DNA of 63,829 nucleotides, filler included, from Octopus bimaculoides (taxonomy: Eukaryota), in the NCBI RefSeq assembly GCF_001194135.2. It is 9 parts of 9 records of this genome, joined end to end, with 100 filler letters (N's around TTAATTAATTAA, not from the genome) between each part and the next. Parts side by side here need not be neighbours in the genome. Positions count along the whole stretch, not along the records: positions 25,358 to 32,956 come from NC_068990.1; positions 33,057 to 46,977 come from NC_068994.1; 7 more parts are not named here. One strand, 5' to 3'. Each line of letters starts with the position of its first letter. Positions within the stretch are counted from its first letter, which is position 1. The position numbers were made by a program, and so were the translations under genes. The notes beneath the pieces were generated by a model, which was not told where the DNA came from, did no database searches, and saw nothing but the letters and a program-made list of their open reading frames with translations. This document shows, one piece after another, positions 25,358-38,098 of this stretch.

Positions 25358-26400
25358 ATTCCCCCTCGCCTTCCTTACAGCATTTTTTATATGGCCTATC
25401 TGACCGCACTGAAAACATCGGGGTTTACGCCCCTCGACAAAAACGTTGAGGAACAACTCCCCAACTTCTATTTTTTTCTGGAAGCTGTTCTAAAACAGTT
25501 TGTTCCGTTTGTATAATGAAGTGGACCATATGACCGGTCCAATTTGCCTTTTCAGAGACGTTAGCCTGAATGATATTTATCTCCTCTATTTTTTTTGACA
25601 GGACTGCCGGCATCAACCACATAGGGTCGACTTTAGGAGGGACTTTTGTTATTCGTATGTTGGCAGTCCTCATACCCATGTATATAGGTATTAGAATTAA
25701 ATCTTCTGTTTCCAATGAATTTATCGAGTGCATCTGTGCCGTTTCAATATTTTTTAGTTGTACCTCGATGGTGCCGATTTTTTTACCTCTGGTCAGATAT
25801 GTGATATCCTGGCAGATGGATTTCAAACATTTTTCCACCCTCTCCTCGCTTACTCGCTCAATTTTTCGTTCTTTTTTTACAGTATGTCTTGAACATAATA
25901 GTTTTCTTCTTTACTGACAATAAATATTATTCTGGGGGTTGAACCTTGACAACCCCGTCTTGAATTGTAATCATGTCTTTGTACATTAGTAAGTCCTTTT
26001 TATTCGTCGACAGCTGGCGTGTTCCACCTCCAGCCGCCGACGCAAAACTTCTTTTTTGTTTATTTCCATCATCATTATTCCTCTTTGTAACAGTAGAATT
26101 CGTTGGTTTTTGGCAATTCACCTTCCGAATAATCCGAAACATCTCCAAACAATAAACTTTCAATATTTTTTCCATCGGTTAACGACTCTTCGCCAGACGA
26201 AGATACACTATTTGGCATCTTTCCAGCAATTAATGTTTCCCCCACTGGGGAAAACACTCGATAGTTTTCGAACGAAGACTATCACACAAATAATTATAAC
26301 AGGAACACTAATTATAACAGGAAATAACAAAAAAAACAGTCAATAGAAACTTACACTTACTATACAAACGCACACAAATAATTACTAATAAATCCAAACT
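25358..26400 (-). mobile_element. L1/Tx1-type LINE 5'UTR plus ORF1 (gag-like, CCHC zinc knuckle), frameshifted
   Basis: PIYMGMRTANIRITKVPPKVDPMWLMPAVL…RKPRCFQCGQIGHIKKCC (CX2CX4HX4C at about 25375-25430). Confidence 0.85.
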
Positions 26401-27159
26401 CATGGAGCTGTTATACAGCTAAGCATTTCAACCGGTGTCACACAGACGAAATACCGCTAAGCATTTCGCCCGGCGTGCTAATGTTTCTGCCAGCTCGCCG
26501 CCTTTATTTGAATAATGGCAGAAACCAGTTATTGATATTTCAAATATATTTAAATACGCACCTTTCAAACGGTTACGTATGGAGTTGATACACAATAACC
26601 TATCTTCCTCGGTCACTTCAAGCAAAACACATTAATAGTTTCAAATTTTCTACTATATATAATAGTACGCATAAGTAAAACCACAAAGACAAGAGAAAAC
26701 AGAAAAAAAGAGAGAAATAGAAAGAAGATAAAGAGAGAATATACTCGCGCAAATATCGAAGGAGATAAGGGAGTAAATAACACAGTAAAGAAAAAGAAAA
26801 AATAGATAAACTTCAAACATAGAAGAAATGGGGAGGAAGGAATAATAAATTATAGTGCCAGAGACTATATAGTTAATTCTTTAGCAGGTTAAGTAACATC
26901 ATCTCCTTGCAGATAAAAATGTTAGAGAATTTTGATTATATTGCCTGAACCGTGACACCTTCAAATATAAGAATGCTCTTATATAAGCCTTAGCTATGCT
27001 TTTCGACCGTAAAGTTGTAAATTGACCTAGCGATAAACACTTGTGCTGTTCAAATATCCTGCAGAATAGGGAGAGATTTACTACATTACTAAGAAAACTA
27101 AAAGATAAAAGCAACACCAAGATGATAACAACAATAATGGTAAAGTAATTATAACCATT

Positions 27160-27525
27160 ACTTAATAATAATAATAAATTCTCTTATTAGTCACCAGCGC
27201 TGACATACAACAACATTAAATGACATGACAAGCATAAAAGACAACACAAGACGAGACAAAGGATTTTCATCGTGTAAACAATAAGTAACAAATAAAAATT
27301 AAACAAAAAAATCTCCCAATAGTAGAGGCGCTTTCAGGGACCTCGTGGAAAAACCCACAAACACCACGGGTGCCTGATCAAAAGGGCAAGAGCCCTTCTT
27401 TTATTTCTCAGAGGTGTACGCTCAGAATTGGTCCTTTCACACTGGCCATTCTTCAAACATTCACCACCTTCCAACAAACTTGCTAGAAGGCAACACTTCC
27501 CTCTCCACCTTCACTTAAAATTGGG
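27160..27525 (-). mobile_element. Probable 3' end (ORF2 C-terminus plus 3'UTR and tail) of a Tx1-like LINE
   Basis: VKVEREVLPSSKFVGRW…MASVKGPILSVHL*, then a T-rich UTR ending at a short (TTA)n near 27165. Assignment is from recalled family features, not a search. Confidence 0.55.
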
Positions 27526-28410
27526 GAAGTGCCAGTAGCTGTTGCTGATAGTGTTACTGCTACTGGTGGTGATGGTACTCCGGCTGCTGATGGTGGTAAT
27601 CAGACTGGTGTCTTTGGTGTTGGTGTTGGTGGTGTCCTAGCGAAGGCTGGAGAGAGTGTCGCTGTTGTTGCTGCTGCTGCTGGTGATAGTGTTGGTGCTT
27701 GGGTTGGTTTCTGCTGCTACTGCATTGGAGGTGCCCCTGGATCTGGTGTCGGTAGTAGGGTCCGACGTACCTCCTTGTATTTGGGGCAGTCGACCTTGAG
27801 GTGCTGATCGTTTCCACAATAATAGCACCTTGGCTTCCTGCCCTCCACAGCCACGTGTAGTCTCGTGCTGTCCGGTAAATTTATTGAGTCAGGGATTGAA
27901 GTTGAACAAGAAGCTCCAACCCTTGACCCGTCCACTGTCCACTTTTGTTAGTGCAATTTATGTACCTCTAGTATTGTGGAGGTATCCTCCTATATCAAAG
28001 AGGACAGCTGCCACTAGCCAACATCTATTTATTTCTGGGAGCACTTCCCCAATTTTAATTTTTGTCACACACCCACCAAGATATGTCGGCACGAGCAGTA
28101 ATTCCTCCTGCTGTCTTGCCTCCCTCCTGCTCAGCTGAGAAACGCACTCTCACCGTGCCTAGGCGCTTTACTCTCGTCACGTAAGTTTTATTAGTCCAAA
28201 TTGGTTTGAGGGCCATTACCAACTGTTGTTGGGTGGCTTGTTCTACTCTTTTCTTCTTGATGTTTAAAACTTTTCCTATTACTGATTTTTCATTGGTTTC
28301 CTTAATTAATTCCTGAGGGGTGCTAAGGAAGACATTGTTCCCTTCCTTCCTTAACAATCCCTTTGCAATTTTATTTCAGTTGTTGTTAAATTCAACATTT
28401 CTTTTGTTTG
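27525..28410 (-). mobile_element. Second L1/Tx1-type ORF1 fragment with zinc knuckle and Q/H/P-rich tail
   Basis: PTYLGGCVTKIKIGEVLPEINRCWLVAAVL…LHVAVEGRKPRCYYCGNDQHLKVDCPKY; homologous to the 25358-25840 ORF1. Confidence 0.85.
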
Positions 28411-29940
28411 CTTTTACGCCGAGTCTCAGCCTATCTTTTACCCATGACTGCAGTTCCATCAAGGAGACGACCTGCAAAAAGGCGTTTCTCACAAACAGAT
28501 CCCACACACGTTCACCTTTTAGAAATCGTTGCAGATGACGCAACCTAAGTGTATCTGCAAATCAAAAGCCATGGCATGCCTAAACCTCCACGCAGAGGGA
28601 GTTGGCAGCAGACTGACCGACTGACCATCGGAACGCGTCCCTTCCACAAGAATATAAACAGGATACGCTCCATTCTAATCAAACAGTAATTGGGGCAAGG
28701 CACGATGGTCAGACGATAAATGACAGAGGTGGTGTAGGCATTCGCTACCTTTGCCCCACCTTTCAGGGACAACCTCTTCTCTGACCATTATTGGGTATGA
28801 CAGGTCACCCTGTTTGTCACCTCTTCCTAGTTCTAATCCACCTGGAGGTCGAGATCGAACCAGGCCCCGAGCAGTTTAACTGGTCCGTCAGTCCAGCATC
28901 CGACGACGCCATCCGACGGCATCGATATGCCTCTCCAGTTGCCCAATCGCTGGAGGTGGCCATTTACTTTGACTACCGAGCAGGTGCCACTGTGCATGGC
29001 AGCAATCCAGCCTCTGAAAATTTTAAGGGCGGCTTCAAATTAGCGGTGGTTGACCCTACCGAAATCATTCGACTGATGTAAATTGATCAGGGTTCCACAG
29101 AAGCCAGCCTTAGTCCCAGCCGTCTCTACGGTGTATCACATAAGGTAGAGGTGGTCGTGGATAGACCTGCTCGGGATTGCGCACGTTTGTGCCTCCCCAA
29201 CCAGACTACCGACGACAAGCGTCAACCTTTTTGCTAACACCTTGGCCCAAGTCTTAAACTCTGTGTTTAGCAAAGTTATGGGTCGAAAATTCCCTAGCAA
29301 GTCATTGTCGGCATCCGTTCTCAGCAGTGTTACCATACCCCGTAAAACAGCACTAGGAATTCTCATGTTCTGCCGCCAGTTACTGTAGACGTCTGCAAAA
29401 AGACTGCCAAACAAATCTGGCGTGAATACATAGAACTGGTAGTGTAGGCCATCCAAACCGAGCGATTTGCGACTTGTGTAATCGCTCATCGCTTCCCATA
29501 TCTCAGTGATTGTAATCGGTTTTTCGCAGGATCTCGCGTCCGTTACCGATAGCCGTGGTAGGCCTTCCAGGTACGAAGGAAAGTTCGCTACCGTTATCGA
29601 TCCCTCACCCTTCCCATACAGCTCGCTAAGTGCTGCTGAAAAGCCGCACACATTTGCTCAGAACCGAGCAGCACGTGCCCGTCCTAATCCGTCAAAGACT
29701 TGATCGTGGTTTTGTTTCCACGTCGCGTCTCTACCGTTCGGGTCCATTGGACGGCTTTAGTTCCTTCATTTTTTAGCGTGCAGACCTTAGCTCTGACAAC
29801 GCACCCTTCATGTTTCACCTCAAAGAAATGGTCAAGGGCCATTCTCACCGCTAACATGTCGGTCGCGATGCCTTTACTAATAGCCTCTTCTAGTTTGCTC
29901 CCTCTAATCTATTTCTTTCTGTTGCTAAATCTTTGTTAAA
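28410..29940 (-). mobile_element. Tx1/L1-clade ORF2 (RT) fragment with an internal deletion
   Basis: KSLGLDGLHYQFY…NFRPITLLNTEFKTWAKVLAKRL…AQTCAIPSRSIHDHL; VKVNGHL joins directly to RLGNWRG (QG-PLS and YADD motifs missing); LSLKGGAKVANAY…FLWKGRVPMV…GGLGMPWL. Confidence 0.92.
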
Positions 29941-29991
29941 TGCTCTCTATTCTACTCTAATCGCTCTCTTCACAGCGATACACCTCCGGTT

Positions 29992-30122
29992 GTTAACTGG
30001 TACTCATTTCATCGACCTCGAAAGTCGGGAATGTGACCCCGGTGGAATTTGAGCCCAGAATGTAGCGACGGGTGAAATATCGCTAAGCATTTTGCCCACC
30101 ATGCTAACGATTCTGCCGCCTT
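29992..30122 (-). mobile_element. tRNA-derived SINE (second family), truncated
   Basis: Head ggcggcagaatcgttagcatggtgggcaaaatgcttagcgatatttc; relatives at 26445-26503, 45344-45600 and 53068-53243. Confidence 0.85.
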
Positions 30123-30157
30123 AAAAAATAATTATAATAATAACAATAATAATAATT

Positions 30158-31505
30158 AACAGGCTAAAATATTTTCCAGGAGCAAATAAGACGCTAGCAG
30201 AGAAATTCAATGTGATGCTGACTGAGTCAGAGACAACACCTGAATAGCTCAGAGAAGGGAAAAAACCTCCCTAATCGCCAAATCTGCAAAAAGTACAAAC
30301 CCACAAAACTACAGACCAGTAACATGTCTCCCTACAATCTACAAGGCCTTAAAAATAAAACTATCGCAGATAATGGGCAGACATCTAGAAGAAAACAACT
30401 TGTTTCCAGAAGAGCAGAAGGGATGCTGCAAATGCTCATATGGCTGAAAAGATCAGTTATTGATCAACAGAGCCGTGACCGCTGAAAAGAAATGAAGGGT
30501 CTTAGCTTGGTTTGGATCGATTACCGGAATGCTTTTGACAGTATCCCCCACACATGGATCCTGGTAACACTAGTCATGAGCACGTTAGCACCAACAGTGA
30601 TAAAATTTATAAAATATGTCATGAATAACTGAAAAACAGTTTTGCAGCTACAGACAAAAGGGGCAGTTATACCAACTAATGCCATCCCTATTAGAAGAGG
30701 AATATTCCTAGAAATCTCGCTCTCTCCACGCCTTTTCTGTCTAACGCCTTTAACTGACATGTTAAATAGCACTGGATGTGACTACAACTGCTATGGTAAA
30801 ACCATCCACCATCTCTTTTATATAGATGATCTCAAGTTGTATGCTTCAAATGAAACAGCTGGAAACATTACTACAGACAGTTGATGGATTTACTAAAGAC
30901 ATAAATGAGAAATTCGGCCTATAAAATAGTGCTAAAGCAACCTTGAAAAGACGAAAACTAATTAAGAATAACAATATCACACTAGATAAAGAAATTGAAA
31001 TAAGAGAATTAGACCAAACCTAGACATGCAAATGCTTATGACTCAATGAACTAGATACGTTACAACACACACAAAAGAAAGGATAAAGAAGGAATATTAT
31101 AGACAAATTAAGATTAATGCTTAAAACAAAACTCAATACGAAAAATAAGCTAATAGGTATCAATACTCTAGTTGTTCCATTTATAAGTTGCTGTGACAAT
31201 ATCCTTAATTGTACACTTAATAAAGTAGCCAAACTAGACAGGAAAACAAGAAAAATAATGATGAACTTTAGAATACACCACCAAAAATTTGATATAAAAA
31301 GGTAATATAGAGAACAAATTGAAGGTGGTAGATGCTTCATACAGCTAGAAAGCTACTATAAAATATCCACTACTGGGCAACAGACATATCTAAGTTGAAC
31401 CAAGAAAAACTGATATAAATAGCCGCAACGAATGAGCAAAACAAAAACAAAGTTTCCTGTCTTCAAGGAAGCCGAAAAATACACGAAAAATTTCTTACAG
31501 CTGTT
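30158..31505 (+). mobile_element. Degenerate R4/Dong-like RT fragment
   Basis: NYRPVTCLPTIYK; EENNLFPEEQKGC; LVWIDYRNAFDSIPHTWI; PIRRGIF; HHLFYIDDLKLYA; starts after short (TAA)n 30128-30157. Confidence 0.9.
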
Positions 31506-32525
31506 TCAGCCAAGGGGGCACAGTACCCCATATGTTATTTCCATCTTTTCAGTGTATTGTAAATCTGTAGATAAAATTAGGGTACTAATTCTTAATTTAA
31601 TAGTATTTAATTTAATTTAATCTAATCTAATCAAGTCTCAATATAATCTTTTTACTCTCACATCTACCCATAGTTAAATATGAATTATTTGTTTCTATGT
31701 TTTCATGCATATAATTTTTATATAGTTTGTATTATCACTTAACCACTAACTAAGCATAGCAGTGCCATGGCCTTTCAAATAAATTAGCTGACCAATTAGA
31801 TTACGTGAATGACCACAACCCCCTCCCCATTACCCATGGGGGTTCAGCAACTTGTTAACTATAAAATAACGGAAAAGTAACGGAAGATAGTACAGTATCT
31901 TGTTAACTGACAGGAGATTTAATGCATTTACTAATTTAGTAGAAGCTACTATTATTATAACTATTGATATAAACTTTCATCCCATAATGGGAACCATGAT
32001 TTATGGTCCTCAACTATAAACACATCATATATTTGTGTATATGTATAGGTACATATATGTGTGTACATTTGTTCATTCATTCATTAATTTATTTATATGC
32101 AAGGACAGTACAAACCATTGCAGAAATACACCTTACCTAATGCATGAAAGATGTGTGTGTGTGTGTATATATGCGTATGTATATGCGTATATGTATGTAT
32201 CTATATTTGTATGTATGTATTATGTATGTATGTATGTATGTATGTATATATGTGTATTTCTTTTATGCGCATTTTCAGTTTTAAAGAACTGTAACCCTCC
32301 CAAACTCCATTATTTTCTTCGATTATACTGTTATTTCTCTTTTCCTTTCTCTTTCTCTTTTATGCCTGCTCTAAGAATAGAAATATTAATATTTCTAAGT
32401 CTCTCTAAAGGAGACTACGGCAGCGGTACTGGATATTAATAGTTATCGCCAAGCTAACATGGCAGTCAAGAAAAATAGCTAGCCTCTAGCTAGCTAATAA
32501 TTGATGAATAATACCTCTGGATTAC

Positions 32526-32616
32526 CTCCATTTTCTTCTTGCCATATAAATTAAGGGTAATACCACTCGCCTGATTATTATACTCAGTAGGGTAATTGCC
32601 ACGCAATAACCAACAC
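32526..32616 (-). CDS. Candidate exon, phase-compatible with 24500-24649
   Basis: Donor TGGAG|gtaatc; frame VGYCVAITLLSIIIRRVVLPLIYMARRKW exits in phase 2. Acceptor (aacacacAG) lacks a pyrimidine tract, and a second frame is also open. Confidence 0.33.
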
Positions 32617-32719
32617 CTGTGTGTTAATTTGGTATTCTACCAGCAGTATATTGGATAGATACTGTCCCTTATTTGGTTGGATTCACAACATCTAACTTAC
32701 TTTCTTTATATATATATAT

Positions 32720-32956
32720 ATATTCATTCTACCGCCCTCTGCCCTCCGACCCCACGCCCAGCTACCAACAGACTGTGTCCTCCACTATCCATGACCTCAT
32801 CCTCTCCTCCCATCTCCCCGCCACCGCCTCCAACCTTATTGTTCGTACCCCACGCACCCCCACCATTTACTTCCTCCCCAAGATCCATAAACCGAACAAC
32901 CCTGGCCGCCCCATCGTCTCCGCCTGCAACTGCCCCACCGAGCTTATCTCAAAATA
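32720..32956 (+). mobile_element. Penelope-like RT N-terminal fragment, uninterrupted, runs into a gap
   Basis: YRPLPSDPT…TPRTPTIYFLPKIHKPNNPGRPIVSACNCPTELISK; C-rich composition contrasts with the flanks. Confidence 0.92.
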
Positions 32957-33610
32957 NNNNNNNNNNNNNNNNNNNNNNNNNNNNNNNNNNNNNNNNNNNN
33001 TTAATTAATTAANNNNNNNNNNNNNNNNNNNNNNNNNNNNNNNNNNNNNNNNNNNNTTTTTTTTTTTTTTTTGTATAATTCACAAATTCTTCTCATTTTT
33101 TTTTTCGAAAATTTATTTTCATTCTTTCAAAGTTTATCATCTCTGTTCCTCTGTTCTTGATAATAATGTCAGTTTCTGTGTGCGTGCGTGTGTGCATGTA
33201 AATTGTTATGTATGTGTGTACATGCATTTATATACAGATATATATATGTAGTCCAAAACATACACCCATTTGTGACCTTATGTGGGTGAGTATGTGTGTG
33301 TGTATGCATGTGAGTATTATTATGTATATGTATGCTGTTAATGGCTATTTGCTTGTGTATGTTTTTGAACATGTCCATATGTACGTGTGTCTATGCACAT
33401 ATATGTGCATGTGTGTTTGTGTGTGTGTTGTGTGTGTGTGTGTGTGTGTGTATGTGGAGGGGCTCAAACATGTTTGCACTAAGTAAGCGATCCATCGTTG
33501 GAGGATGATTGCAAAATGTTCAAACCGCTTGATGAATCTGTCATGTCAGATAGCAGCCATGATGAATGTCACAGTGCAACATAGATAAGAAACCTATATT
33601 TCATTTGCAT

Positions 33611-33648
<38 letters not shown>

Positions 33649-34498
33649 CAAATGCATTCACATACGACACATGCTTCAATTTGTGTTGTTCTTGCACATA
33701 CAGTATACACATATATTACATATATACATATATATATATATGAGTGGATTTGCATATATATAAAAGTGTATATGTAACCATGTATGTATATAAATTCATG
33801 ATTAATTATATATATATGTGTGTGTATATATGTATGTATGTATGCTTCATAAAAAATAGAAAATTTTGTCCTATTTTATACAAGTATTTTTAAATTTAGG
33901 TTTTTTTTATCATAACTAATTATTTTTTTATATCTTTTAGCTGTCTTTTTAAATAAAAGTTTTTTTTTTTTTAATTCTATCTATTTATTTTATTTCTATG
34001 TTTGGTAATGTTTCTTGGCATGAGGAAATGGAAATTTTTCTTTAGGAGAAATATGCAAATGAGCAACAACGTGTTCAGTCGTTGATGGATAGCATGAACA
34101 GTAAAAATATATAAACAAAACAAAATAAAATAAAATGAAATAAAATAAAACTTCGAACTAATAATAATAATGATGATAATAATAGCAACAACAATAATAT
34201 ATCGCAAATAAATAAATGACTTCATAAAAAAAACAAAAAAGAATTACATTTTTCATCTTAAATACATTCTTCTTATTAATTTTATTATCACTGTTATTAT
34301 TTTTATCATCATCATGATCACCATCATCATCATCATTGGTGTCACCATCATTCTTACTATCAATTTTATTACTACTATTATTATTATTATTATTGTTGTT
34401 GTTGCTCTTCTTTCTTTTTTTGCCCCTTCCCCCTTTCCTTCTCTGCCACAATTTTCCAATGATTTTTCATTAATTCTAAGATGGCTGTTGTTGCATAC

Positions 34499-34556
34499 CA
34501 AGACTGAATAATAACTCCTCAGTAGCCATATTGCTGGTGCTAAAGCTTAGAATTGG
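34499..34556 (-). CDS. Candidate exon upstream of 32526-32616
   Basis: Donor CTTG|gtatgc; frame PILSFSTSNMATEELLFSL exits in phase 1, matching the next candidate; contains an ATG in gcaATATGG context. Confidence 0.28.
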
Positions 34557-34939
34557 CTACATCAATATTTTACATATATACATCAATGTCTATTGAAACT
34601 TTACGTGTTACATTATTAAATATTACTTGATTCAACTAGTTTTATTATTACATGGCTGCAAGGCAGGGCGCAATGACTGCGTGGTTAGCAGAGTTAGCTA
34701 AGCAGTCACCTGGCTCTAAGTTTGATTTCCCCATGTGACAGTTTGAGCTGCAAGTGTTTCATGCCTTACCTTGGGGTTTATCAAAACCTGGTGAGCAGAA
34801 TTTAGTACATGGGCTTGTTGAGAATCTTGCCATACACACTCACACATATACTCACATAGATACACTGACATTCCTTATGCTAAAAAAAATAAAACTTGTT
34901 TTATTTAAACAAAAAAAAAAATCATCAATACACTTTTGG

Positions 34940-35094
34940 AGTGGTTGATGCTAGGAAGTGCATCCAGCCATAGAAACCAGGCCAAATCAGACTGGAGTCT
35001 GGTGCAACCCTGGTGCAACCCTGGTGCAACCCTGGTCCAACCCATACCAGCATGGACAATGAATGTTAAATGATGACGATGATGATGATGATAC

Positions 35095-35095
<1 letters not shown>
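34940..35095 (+). mobile_element. SINE 3' tail ending in (GAT)n with an internal 11-bp tandem (ctggtgcaacc x3-4)
   Basis: Matches 45180-45330. Confidence 0.8.
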
Positions 35096-35186
<91 letters not shown>

Positions 35187-35269
35187 TAATAATAACTCGA
35201 CTCCGTTGGTTGCGAATGGTCATGGGTGCATCTAAGAGGTTCCCGTCACCTCACCAGCAAACACACAAC

Positions 35270-35506
35270 CGAGAGTTGTTTTTATGGAAGACCAGCAGTC
35301 ACCCATGCATACCAGCCTTCCCCTCTCCATGTCACTGATGTTATCCAAGGGAAAGGCAAAGGCAGATACAGCTTGGCACCAGTGATGTCACAACTCATAT
35401 CTACAGCTGAATGAACTGGAGCAACGTGAAATAAGGTGTCTTGCTCAAGAAGACAATCTCACGATCGTAGGCTCGATGCTCTAACCACTGAGCCATGCGC
35501 CTTCAC

Positions 35507-35508
<2 letters not shown>
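35270..35508 (-). mobile_element. tRNA-derived SINE (third family)
   Basis: Minus head gaaggcgcatggctcagtggttagagcatc (A box) then ttgagcaagacaccttatttcacgttgctccagttc; relative at 44021-44185 (+). Confidence 0.85.
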
Positions 35509-35541
<33 letters not shown>

Positions 35542-35984
35542 TGATTATGTGAAGTAGCGTTAGCATTACCTTTAATTCACATTTATATATAAATACAGCC
35601 TCAAATAGACCTGCATAGGATTTGACTGCATTGCTTAATGATAGTTGCAATTGAAACTTTACTATTATACCAGTGCAGTTTATTCAGGGTCTGCGTTGTA
35701 ATATGCTTTGATACATACACTCACAACACACACACATATGTATATATATATATGCACATACATTCACAGTTACATGCGCGTGCACACACACACACATACA
35801 TGCATACACATAAGTGATTTGCATTAGGAACAGCGTCCACTCATAGAAACCATACCAAACTAAAATGTGGTGTGGTTCTGTAACATACCTAGGTACACAG
35901 TAATTCCAAATGAGAAGTAACAGCCTGCACTAGCACAGAAGAAAGTGGACATTGATGATGATGATGATGATGATATATATATAT

Positions 35985-36158
35985 ATCTTTTATCTTTTAC
36001 TTGTTTCAGTCATTAGACTGCAGTCATGCATGGGCACTGTCTTGAAGAAGTTTTAGTCAAATGAATAGACCCAAGTACGTTTTTTTGCAAAGTTACAGGG
36101 AAGTAAACACATCAAAAGCAGTTGTCAAGTGGTGGGCTGGGAGACAAATATAGTCACA

Positions 36159-36203
<45 letters not shown>

Positions 36204-36426
36204 ATATATTTTACTTTTTTACTTGTTCCAGTCACTTAACTGTGACCAAGCTGGAGCACCGCGTTTTAGTTGAGCAAATCGACCCCAGGACTTATTCTTT
36301 GTAAGCCTAGTACTTATTCTATCAGTCTCTTTTGCTGAACAGCTAAGTTACAGGGACGTAAACACACCAGCATCAGTTGTCAAGCAATGTTGGGAGGACA
36401 AACACAGACACACAAACACACACACA

Positions 36427-36464
<38 letters not shown>

Positions 36465-36545
36465 CATATATACGGCAGGCTTCTTTCAGTTCCTGTCTAC
36501 CAAATCCACACACAAGGCTTTGGTCAGCCCGAGGCTATAGTGTAT
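35985..36545 (-). mobile_element. Two tandem partial copies of the major SINE
   Basis: 3' part 35985-36150 and a near-complete copy 36210-36545; a further fragment at 36820-36910. Confidence 0.85.
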
Positions 36546-38051
36546 ATGTGTTTTTGAGAACAATGTGTATCGGAAAACTGTGTAAAAACCAGCAGAAGAT
36601 GATTGAGAGCTAGAGTTGGCAGAATCAATAAAAAAAACAGAAAGAATGTCTTGTAGTTATTTATATAGTCATGTCTTTATATGTCTTGACTTAAATTCTG
36701 CTGGTGATCACTCTGCTTCTAATTCCTCCTGGGGCAAGAAAATATATAGTCTTATAAACACAGTCATTCAGACAAACCAGGTACACCTATGTAGATATAT
36801 GTATACATATATTCTTTTATGTGTTTCAGTCATTTGACTGCAGTCATGTTGGAGTATTACCTTTAGTCGACCAAATCGACCCTGGGCTTATTCTTTGTAA
36901 GCCTAGTGTGCCTGTATGTATGTATGAATTATAATTACACACACACACACACAACCTGGTGCAGGCGTGGTTTTGAAACTTGCTTCCCAACCACATGTGA
37001 TGATTATAAATGAGCATCACCATCATACAAACAATGTTCTTCATTTCCAGTCCTCCATGAAAAACATTTCTGGCCATGAGGAAATATTACTTTGCTTGGC
37101 GACAGGTGATGATGATGACAGGGAAGACATCCAGTCATAGAAAATCTACCTCAACAAATTCTGTTTAACCAATGCAAGCATGGTAAAAGTTACAATAACC
37201 CTTTCGATACCAACCTGGCTGAAACTGGCTCTGGCTCTGTAGTACAAATGTCTTGTTTTCATAAGCTTTGAATTTAAATCTTCTACCAAACCTTAGCCAC
37301 AATTTATGTTCCTAAAATTAGCTTACTGATAACTAAGACATTTTACTAAATTCTTTGTTATATTTAAAATTAATCAAAAGAAACACAGAGCATCTCAAAA
37401 TAAATATGTTAATGAAAGGGTTAAATGATGGAGATGCCATATAAATCTCACTCACACATTCTAGTTTGGCAATGTGTCTACGGCCTGATGCTGTTCCTAA
37501 TGCCAACCATTTTACAGAATGTATTACAGCGACATGTCTTCAGCATGACAACTTCTTTATTTACATGCACGTCTTCATATCATCATCATTTTAACATCTA
37601 CTTTTCTATGGCTGCATGGGTTGGGAGTTTTCTGAAGCAGACTTTCTACTTGCTTGAGGTACCATTTAGTGGTACTTTAATCTGAAACCATGTAGTTGAG
37701 AAGCAAACTTCTTACCACATGACTATGCCTGCACCTGAATGTGTATAAGAGAAAATAGAAAGAGTGAGGGCAAAGTGAAAAAGTGAGAAAATGTAGGACA
37801 CAATGTGGGTGTCTTGTATTTCCAAGAAAGACTTTTTGCAAGTGAGTGCATATATGCATGTGCATGTATGGAAGTATGTGCATGTATACTTATACATACT
37901 TGAATAAATACAGGGTACGCTTGAGTGTATATGTATGTATGTTTGTGTATGTATATATAGGGATGCAAATGCACGCATGTATATGTGTGTGCCTGTTTAT
38001 ATATGGAAATATGTGTGTATACCTGTGTTCATGCACATGTGTGTGTGTGTG

Positions 38052-38098
<47 letters not shown>

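Noticed and set aside
33500-33585. Short plus frame EDDCKMFKPLDESVMSDSSHDECHSAT*
   Set aside because: No credible acceptor or start; length compatible with chance.
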